Position numbers and translations under genes: made by a program. Positions 50,927 through 58,217 of a DNA stretch of 58,217 nucleotides are shown piece by piece (the first letter of the stretch is position 1; each line of letters begins with the position of its first letter). The DNA is from Polyangiaceae bacterium (GTDB taxonomy: Bacteria; Myxococcota_A; Polyangia; Polyangiales; Polyangiaceae). Where the stretch lies: positions 267,588-325,804 of the forward strand of contig JADJXL010000022.1 of NCBI GenBank assembly GCA_016715885.1. Direction: 5' to 3'. The notes under the pieces were generated by a model. The model saw only the letters and a list, made by a program, of their open reading frames with translations. It was not told where the DNA came from and did no database searches.

Positions 50927-51776
50927 CGCTCATCAACATGGCCGCGCGCGCAATCCTCGCGGTTCTTGTAGCCTCCGGTCAGGTTGCGAGGAGGATTGGG
51001 CGAAGATAGCAACTCATCGCATTTCTCGCGCGCGTCTTCCCATTGTTTCTGGCACTCCTTCGACATGTGCCCCGCGACGGCTGCAGCAAGCACGACAACG
51101 CCGACGCCCACGACGATCGTCACGCCCGACCCACCAACGACGACCGGAATCAACTCGTACACATGAGGCAGCAGCATCGTGGTGTCACCGATGAGGCTGC
51201 GCGAATGCGGTAGGATGCTTTCAGAATTCGTCGATGATAACGATTCATCCTCTGGCAGCACGTCGAGCACCGACATCTGCTCCAGCGCCTCGATCATGCA
51301 TGCCTCGAGCTCCGCGTCGTCCAGCCGGTTCCCGTTCGGCTCGACGTCCCGGACCACACCATGTGCTGTCACCTGGACCTTGAAGGCGATATCGTACGAG
51401 TGGCGCGAAAGTCGGGAAACCCGCCCGTTCGTGCATGCTTGAAGGGCAGCCATGATGCTTGGAGGAAGAGACCGCTCCGATGCCTGAGATAGATCCGATG
51501 GCTGCGGGGGCGTCATCGCATGCTCGCCGTTCGCCGCGCATCCTGCCGGCACCACACCATGACCAACGTTGCAGCGAACGACGTCGCCCAGGCAAACCGC
51601 CGGCGGCTCGAAACCTTATGGCGCTGGTTGCGTGCGTTTACCATACTTTCCTTTGGTGAAGGGAGTCATGCGGATGAGGTCGAAGTCTTGTTACGCGCTT
51701 GGTTCCGCTCGTCGCCGGTAACTCCATTCGGATTCTCGGCGATGCTCGAATAGGTCAGCGATAACGTCGGTGCCAT
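50869..51776 (-). pseudogene. Lipoprotein with a central TM helix and a C-terminal four-Cys domain (copy A), broken by at least two 1-bp indels
   Basis: Relative to copy B it carries homopolymer indels at about 51575 and 51640-51660, the latter creating the in-frame stop KTSTSSA*. The signal reads SRRRFAWATSFATTLV(MGVV)PAGC, the TM helix LIPVVVGGSGVTIVVGVGVVVLAAAV, and the C-terminus CQKQWEDAREKC...CARGHVDERC. Confidence 0.5.
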
Positions 51777-52198
51777 GCCCGCTTTCGAGACGGCGGAACG
51801 TCGAGCGGAATATCGATTTGGTATTCGCCTGCCAGAGAAACGCAGACGATTGCAACAACCTCCCCACCGTGAATGCTGCGGGCAGAATGGGAGCTGCAGG
51901 CAGCTTTGGCAACACGGCATTGCTTTTCATCACGACCGCAGTTTCAATGTAGGACCGTGCGACGAATCGCCACACGCAACCGTTACGAACACGACGAGCA
52001 TGGTGAGAGAAGGAAGCGGTAAAGCATGTCCCCTCCGTTGTGCGATGCGTTGTGAGGCTACAAGGAGCGGTAGGATAGTGTCAACGGGCATGCGGCGCCC
52101 AACCCGAGAATCTCAGGTAGACACCGTCACCGCGCGGGCGGCGCCATCGTGCCCCGCGCACGCCGCCGATGCGAAGCTGGGCTTTCACCCATGCGCGG

Positions 52199-52696
52199 TC
52201 ACCGCGCTGATTCCGCGCACAATGCCAAAAGTTCGGCCTTCGATCGCACCTGGATCGTCCAAAAGACGCAGTCATCCTTTACATGCTCCAAATCGGACCG
52301 CGCTTCGGCTTTTCGACCCAATTGGAAGAACGCTTCCGCTCGCAGAAAGTGGAGTACCTCTCGGTAGGGCTCATGCTCCATCTGGTCGCCCAAAACGAGT
52401 CCTTTGGTAAAGTCGGCAACCGCACCTTCATAATCCGCTGTCATGAGCAAATATCCACCTCGCGTGAAGTACAGCGCAGGCCTTTCAGGCCGGAGGTCCA
52501 TTTCCCGCGTAATGGCTGCAATCGCGGCGGTGTAATCGTCCCTCACTTCATAGGCATAAGCGAGTGCACGCCAGACGTCTGGCTCATCTGGATATTGCTC
52601 GGCAAGCGCTGCCATGTCGTCGAAAGCAGCCGGATCCTCCGCGCCAAGACGCACTTTGATCTTATTGATCAGGGATTTCAGCGTGTCACTCATCAC
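52199..52696 (-). CDS. TPR-repeat protein (copy B)
   Basis: PDVWRALAYAYEVRDDYTAAIAAI... It is about 75% identical in amino acids to copy A. Confidence 0.6.
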   Translation of the reverse strand: MMSDTLKSLINKIKVRLGAEDPAAFDDMAALAEQYPDEPDVWRALAYAYEVRDDYTAAIAAITREMDLRPERPALYFTRGGYLLMTADYEGAVADFTKGLVLGDQMEHEPYREVLHFLRAEAFFQLGRKAEARSDLEHVKDDCVFWTIQVRSKAELLALCAESAR

Positions 52697-53605
52697 GTTC
52701 TCCTTCCAGGGCGGGCTCCGTGGCCTTCGTTATCGATACGGTTGCCACCGCAACGCACGGAAACAAGGCCGCGAGCACATTCTTTCGTGTCCAGATAACC
52801 TCCAGTCACGTTGCGTGGTGGATCATTAGAATCCAGGAGGTCAAGGCATTTCTGCTTCGCATCTTTCCACTCTTTTTGACACTCCTTCGACATGTGCCCC
52901 GCGACGGCTGCAGCAAGCACGACAACGCCGACGCCCACGACGATCGTCACGCCCGACCCACCAACGACGACCGGAATCAACTCGTACACATGAGGCAGCA
53001 GCATCGTGGTGTCACCGATGAGGCTGCGCGAATGCGGTAGGATGCTTTCAGAATTCGTCGATGATAACGATTCATCCTCTGGCAGCACGTCGAGCACCGA
53101 CATCTGCTCCAGCGCCTCGATCATGCATGCCTCGAGCTCCGCGTCGTCCAGCCGGTTCCCGTTCGGCTCGACGTCCCGGACCACACCATGTGCTGCTGTC
53201 ACCTGGACCTGAAGGCGATATCGTACGAGTGGCGCGAAAGTCGGAAACCCGCCCGTTCGTGCATGCTTGAAGGGCAGCCATGATGCTTGGAGGAAGAGAC
53301 CGCTCCGATGCCTGAGATAGATCCGATGGCTGCGGGGGCGTCATCGCATGCTCGCCGTTCGCCGCGCATCCTGCCGGCACCACACCCATGACCAACGTTG
53401 TAGCGAACGACGTCGCCCAGGCAAACCGCCGGCGGCTCGAAACCTTATGGCGCTGGTTGCGTGCGTTTACCATACTTTCCTTTGGTGAAGGAGTCATGCG
53501 GATGAGGGTCGAAGTCTTGTTACGCGCTTGGTTCCGCTCGTCGCCGGTAACTCCATTCGGATTCTCGGCGATGCTCGAATAGGTCAGCGATAACGTCGGT
53601 GCCAT
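52693..53605 (-). pseudogene. Lipoprotein / TM / four-Cys protein (copy B), with a frameshift at about 53235 relative to copy A
   Basis: The reading frame is continuous from MAPTLSL through the lipobox to NGRVS, then shifts (tcggaaaccc here, tcgggaaaccc in copy A). Its stop overlaps the TPR gene start (ATGA). Confidence 0.5.
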
Positions 53606-54011
53606 GCCCGCTTCGAGACGGCGGAACGTCGAGCGGAATATCGATTTGGTATTCGCCTGCCAGAGAAACACCAGACGATTGCAACAACCTCCCCACCGTG
53701 AATGCTGCGGGCAGAATGGGAGCTGCAGGCAGCTTTGGCAACACGGCATTGCTTTTCATCACGACCGCAGTTTCAATGTAGGACCGTGCGACGAATCGCC
53801 ACACGCAACCGTTACGAACACGACGAGCATGGTGAGAGAGAGGAAGCGGTAAAGCATGTCCCCCTCCGTTGTGCGATGCGTTGTGAGGCTACAAGGAGCG
53901 GTAGGATAGTGTCAACGGGCATGCGGCGCCCAACCCGAGAATCTCAGGTAGACACCGTCACCGCGCGGGCGGCGCCATCGTGCCCCGCGCACGCCGCCGA
54001 TGCGAAGCTGG

Positions 54012-54240
54012 GCTTTCACCCATGCGCGGTCACCGCGCTGGTGACGACGTGCGCCTGTTGACCCTTTCGTGGTCACCGCGCTGGCGACGACGATCGCATG
54101 TCGACCCTTCCGTGGTCGCCGTGCTGGTAACGACAGGCAGATGTCCAACCTTGCGTTGTGACCACGCGGGTGACGGGCCTCGATGGTGGACCCTTTCTGC
54201 GTCACCAACTTGGTGACGTTCGGCGGTCGAGCAGTTTGGA
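54012..54240. repeat. Array of about five degenerate ~42-bp tandem units, each carrying the palindrome GGTCACC-N5-GGTGAC
   Basis: Units seen: gcgcggtcaccgcgctggtgacgacg, gtggtcaccgcgctggcgacgacg, gtggtcgccgtgctggtaacgaca, gttgtgaccacgcgggtgacgg and gcgtcaccaacttggtgacgtt. The first unit is the junction of the 1.8-kb repeat. Confidence 0.65.
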
Positions 54241-54268
54241 CTTGCCATCGTGGTCGTCTTCCGGTGTA

Positions 54269-55017
54269 ATGCGCATCATGTCCAATCCCACTCCCGAGAT
54301 CGTGGGCTCGCAAAAAGCCTACGAGGAATTTCTTTCTGAGGCCGAAGCGCTGGCCGATGCCGACGTGCGCCCATTTCGCGCGGATGGATCGCTGGCGTTG
54401 CACAACGTCGAGATGGGCCTCGACGCGATTTCGCCCCACGCTGATCGGATCAAAGCGGAGCTGCCGACCGTGGATGTCGTTGCGCTGCAAGAGCTCCCCG
54501 ACTTGGCGCTTGCGGTCATTTACGCGGCTGCGCAGGTGGATCGCACGAGCGACGGGTCGACCGGCGCGTTGATCGAGAAGGCCCGAGCATCGCGCACGTT
54601 GCTGCTTGCATCCTCGGAAGCATTGGCCGTCGCCGGAATTTTGCCGGCGCATGAAGCCGAGCGAATTCGAGCGGGCACTGGGCCCATCGATTTGGCGCAA
54701 GACAACGTCGATCTCGCGGCGCTCTTGACCAAACACGCGACGGCGATAGCCGGAAAACGGCGGTCACGCCGGAGCAGATCACGGAAGCAGCCAACGTGGG
54801 TACCGAGCTGCTCAAACGCCTCAAGCCCAAGGGTACGCGGAGCAAGGATCCGGCGATCGAGGCTGTGGCGTTACGTGATCGATTCTGGACGCTGCTTGCG
54901 ATGCGCCACAAGGAGCTGCGTCGTGTGGGAATGTGGTTGTGGATGGACGAGGTGGATCGATTCGTTCCTGCGCTGCAATCACGGTCGGTGCGTCGGAAAA
55001 AGCCGGAAAACGGTTGA
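54269..55017 (+). pseudogene. Hypothetical protein with a frameshift in an A4 run at about 54755
   Basis: The frame reading MRIMSNPTPEIVGSQKAYEEFLSEAEAL...LTKHATAIAGK continues in the +1 frame as TAVTPEQITEAANVGTELLKRLKPKG...VRRKKPENG*. Confidence 0.45.
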
Positions 55018-55534
55018 GGGGGTTGGCGCGGGGAATGGGCCACGACGTTACGCGTGCCTGCAGCAAAAAGGTTGCGGCACGCATATGCAAGGGAAGCGCC
55101 AGTTGAGCGTCTTGTCGCAACGAGGAAAACAGGGTGCATAGCCGCAGGCAAGTTTTTGGCGCGCTGGAAAGGCTCTGTCATGGTGGGGAGATTCTAGTAA
55201 CGCTACCGGATGACGTTTGACCAACGGCGATTCGCGTCGCTCGCCGCATCATTCACCGGCGCAAGCCCAATTCTCGACGTCGTTCGTCGAACCAGCGGCG
55301 TGCCGGCGCCATATCGTCGAAAAAGCGGACAGGAAAATCGCTTACCCGTCAGGAGCTTTGCCGCGCGGAAAAACATCGTCCCCATCACGCGAAGATGGAA
55401 ACTTGCGCCAACCCTTCTGAACAGCCAACATACGTCGAATGTCCGCTTCGGTGACTTCGCCGATGTAATGCCCGATCAAGACGTCGGGCTCTTCGGTTGT
55501 TGCATACGATCGATCGCTGGACTCGGACATGGTC

Positions 55535-56315
55535 TTACGCCGACCCCGTCTTCTTTGCCGCGATGAATCGGCGTACGCCCGTGACGACCGCATCGCCCAA
55601 ATCGAGCGGTATCGATCGACGAATCGTTTTCAGTGCATCTTCCCGAATACGCAATTTCGTCACCCGATGCGCGTGCCTGTCGAGCTCGCCGAATTGCGCG
55701 GCCCGTTCATACGCGCGCTCGAGCAGTTTGTCGGGTGACACCACTTCATCGAGCATCCCTGCTGCGACGGCTTCTTCGGGCGTGTACATCGTGGACAGCG
55801 TCGCCGCGCGCTGGAAATGCGCCGGCGGCAATCGCAATCGCATCACCTCCACCGCAACCCGCGGCATGGGCAATCCAATGGCAACCTCGTTGGCAACGTA
55901 TTTGTAGTCGCCAGCAGCGCCGATGCGGTAATCCGCACACAGCAAACCAAAAGACCCATCGCCATCGCGTGACCACTGCTCGCCGCAATGACCGGCCGAG
56001 GAAACGACAAAGGCCGCGCCGTCATGGCAAACCCACCGTTGAGCATCCCCACCGCGGCCGGGCCGCCAGACGCATCACCTTGAGGTCGAAGCCTGCCGAG
56101 AATGCATCGACCCGACCCGTCAGCACGATCATCGCATCGTCTCGCTCGGCGCGATCGATGGCCTCGTTCAATGCTTTGAACATCTGCGGCGAAAGCGCAT
56201 TACGCTTGCCGTCGTCCATCGTGATCGTGGCGACTTCGCCGTCGCGATGATAATCGACCGGTGACTGGCTCATGAAACGCTCCTCTTGGGAAGAGCCGCG
56301 AGCATAATCCAACAT
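55535..56315 (-). pseudogene. Enoyl-CoA hydratase/isomerase (crotonase) gene with two frameshifts
   Basis: The N-terminal part GEVATITMDDGKRNALS...FSAGFDLKVM is at 56022-56315. The middle part RPVIAASSGHAMAMGLLVCC is in a second frame at about 55930-56040. The C-terminal part CADYRIGAAGDYKYVANEVAIGLPMP is in a third frame at 55535-55945. Confidence 0.6.
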
Positions 56316-56470
56316 TCATGCTCATGGCTACCAAAAGAATGTCGACGTGAGCGCTTGTGTTCGATCGCGCAGCCGAGGTCTTCGGTCATGCGACCCCTTG
56401 CCGTTGCCAGGGACGTCTCCAGACATGACAGTGGGGCGCGCAGGGCGCCTGCCATTGGAGGGGAGGTACC

Positions 56471-56989
56471 ATGACCCGGTTGTGCTCCGTATTTTCTGCG
56501 ATGTTCGCGACTGTTGCACTTGCCGCACCGGCCGTCGCCGCCGACGGTGCGGTCGCCAAAATGGTGGATCCATCCGGCAAGACCCTGGGCACGCTCGACC
56601 TTCGAAGCACGCCCAACGGGGTCCTCATTACGGGTGAGCTATCCGGCTTGCCGCCAGGGCCTCATGGTTTCCACATTCACGAAAAGGGCGCATGCACGCC
56701 CAATTTCGATGCGGCCGGCGGACACTTCAATCCGACCGGCGCCGAGCACGGCTTTCGCGATCCCGCGGGCCCACACGCAGGCGATTTACCCAATATCGTC
56801 GTTCCGCAAAACGGTCGGATAAAGATCGAAGTGTACGCGCCGGGCGCCATGCTCGACCAAGGAAAAAATAGCCTGCTCGCAGACGATGGCACGGCCATCG
56901 TGGTGCATGCACAACCGGACGATTATACGACCGATCCCGCGGGGGCAGCGGGCGCGCGCATTGCGTGTGGCGTCATACAGAAGAAATAG
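56471..56989 (+). CDS. sodC: Periplasmic Cu/Zn superoxide dismutase
   Basis: A signal peptide is followed by GFHIHEKGAC, AGGHFNP and HAGDLPN, and then a C-terminal Cys-Gly motif. A GGAGGGGAGG ribosome-binding site is present. Confidence 0.85.
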   Translation: MTRLCSVFSAMFATVALAAPAVAADGAVAKMVDPSGKTLGTLDLRSTPNGVLITGELSGLPPGPHGFHIHEKGACTPNFDAAGGHFNPTGAEHGFRDPAGPHAGDLPNIVVPQNGRIKIEVYAPGAMLDQGKNSLLADDGTAIVVHAQPDDYTTDPAGAAGARIACGVIQKK

Positions 56990-57109
56990 ACCTTGCGGCG
57001 GTCTTGTCGCTGACCATCGACCCATCGAAGGCGAAGTCGAGGCGGACGGCGCCCGCACCTTGCAATTCATGCAAATCTGGTTTTAGTTCGCCCTACCCGG
57101 AGCTTTTGC

Positions 57110-58022
57110 ATGAACACCGCCGTCGAGTTGCCCGATCCAAGCCACGAAGCACCGCACGCCGCGCTTTCCCCCGAAGAGGCGGCCAAGGTCGCCGCGGCGC
57201 TTCCATTGAACCACCGCTTCCGCCTCGGCGCCGAAATCACACCAGTCCAGCGCGCCTACCTCGACAAAAACGGCTACCTCGTGTTTGCCCGGGTCGCATC
57301 GCCCGACGAGGTCGCACGCATCGTCGCCGAAGTCGACCGCGTGCAGGCAAGTTCCTCGCCGAAGGGCGGCGCAAAGGTCCACGGCATTCCCATTTGGTTC
57401 GGTCGCGACGAACAGGGAAAACCTTACTTGCAGCGCACGGGCTTTCTGTCGGTCCATTCCGACTACGTCCGCCAATTCGTCACCGATGCTCGCTTCGAGC
57501 CCATCCGGAAGCTCGTCGGCAAAGACGCTCGCATTGGCCACGAGGAAAAGATGGCGTCGTGTTCAACCGATACATCCGCACGAAAGGCAGCCTCCGCCCG
57601 GGCCTTGCGTGGCACACCGACTGGCCTGCGCGACGCCTTTATGGACAGCTCCCCGGCCCGATGCTCAACGTGGGCCTGCACTTCGAGCGGATTACCCCGG
57701 AAGACGGCGGCCTACGCATCATTCCGGGCAGCCACAATCAGGATGGCGCGATTTCTTGTTTCGCAAGCTTTACTTCGTCGACAATCGGCCCGACCCGGCA
57801 GTCATGGTGGAAACATGGCCGGGCGACCTCACCGTGCTGACGGCCGCACGTGGCATCGCGTCGCCGCGTCCCAATACCGGCGCTTCGCAGCCATATGCCG
57901 CAGGCATGTACGTGCGTCGTGACCGGGGCGTACCAGCCCAGATCCGGGCAAAGCGACACCGCGTCCGTACCTCAAGCCTGCGAACTCATCACACGACGCC
58001 AAAACCTGGCTCCGGGCGCTGA
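57110..58022 (+). pseudogene. Phytanoyl-CoA dioxygenase (PhyH)-family Fe/2OG oxygenase gene with at least two frameshifts
   Basis: The N-terminal part ITPVQRAYLDKNGYLVFARVASPDEV is in frame 57110. The core DGVVFNRYIRTKG...WHTDWP...LRIIPGSHNQ is in the frame of ORF 56965-57840. The tail lies in a third frame (57285-58022). Confidence 0.55.
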
Positions 58023-58217
58023 CGCGAACCACGGTCACGGCACGCGCATTCGTCGTCGCCCACGCGGACGAGCAAAACGCGGCTGGTGTGCTTGGCCCAT
58101 TCGGCGCAGTTGTCATTCCACGACGTTGCGGTGAACGGGCGGCCTGGGATTGCGCGCTCTTGCTCCGGGGCGGAAACAGTTATGTCGACAACAGAGGATG
58201 CTCCGAGGTCGGCGAGA

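Larger units (their letters stand above)
50352..54050. repeat. Tandem duplication of a ~1.83-kb unit (50352-52176, 52177-54011, plus the first ~40 bp of a third copy)
   Basis: The unit junction sequence gggctttYacccatgcgcggtcaccgcgctg recurs at 50354, 52179 and 54014. Both gene pairs are near-identical at nucleotide level, differing by scattered substitutions and 1-bp homopolymer indels. Confidence 0.8.

Overview
This window is a high-GC bacterial chromosomal segment that looks like a Myxococcota-type genome. That call rests on giant multidomain signalling proteins, eukaryotic-like Ser/Thr kinases with a PEGA-domain partner, SBBP beta-propeller and Cys-rich lipoproteins, a collagen-like protein and a hybrid NRPS-PKS.

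Gene content, in order along the window:
- Signalling: two adjacent hybrid sensor histidine kinases (the first truncated at the 5' edge), then a small putative regulator and two paralogous mini membrane proteins.
- Secreted proteins and small enzymes: several secreted lipoproteins (one with a PPC domain, one with SBBP beta-propeller repeats), a PF10118-like metal-dependent hydrolase and a minimal nucleotidyltransferase.
- Mobile and accessory: a HepT/MntA toxin-antitoxin pair sits beside an array of phased ~31-bp direct repeats, with IS91-like relic fragments nearby.
- Low-GC island: a three-gene island of unknown protein, LysM protein and a signal-less Amidase_3 muramoyl-alanine amidase, with AT-rich codon usage.
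- More small genes: a DUF938 gene interrupted by an in-frame TGA, and a class I methyltransferase.
- Large signalling protein: a 1670-aa protein built as N-lobe-less pseudokinase, STAND/AAA ATPase, helical repeats, GAF, PAS and a C-terminal STAS domain.
- Biosynthetic locus: an SDR sits immediately downstream of an 8.9-kb single-ORF hybrid NRPS-PKS. Its domains run abhydrolase, C, A, PCP, KS, AT, MT, ACP and NTF2-like, with no TE and no KR. Upstream on the same strand are a di-haem cytochrome c peroxidase, a stand-alone condensation-like acyltransferase and a collagen-like lipoprotein.
- Remainder: a membrane metallophosphoesterase; an active Ser/Thr kinase coupled to a PEGA/TM protein and a Cys-rich lipoprotein; divergent paralogous alpha/beta hydrolases; a degraded kinase; a 1.8-kb tandem duplication (TPR protein plus lipoprotein) ending in a palindromic site array; a frameshifted crotonase; Cu/Zn SodC; and a frameshifted PhyH dioxygenase.

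The last ~12 kb, and the peroxidase gene, carry many homopolymer-associated frameshifts or in-frame stops. This is either real gene decay or indel error in the assembly.

The strongest candidates for an undescribed system are the unusual NRPS-PKS locus, the low-GC LysM/amidase island and the pseudokinase-STAND-STAS protein. I cannot tell from sequence alone which of these, if any, is the system this window was selected for.
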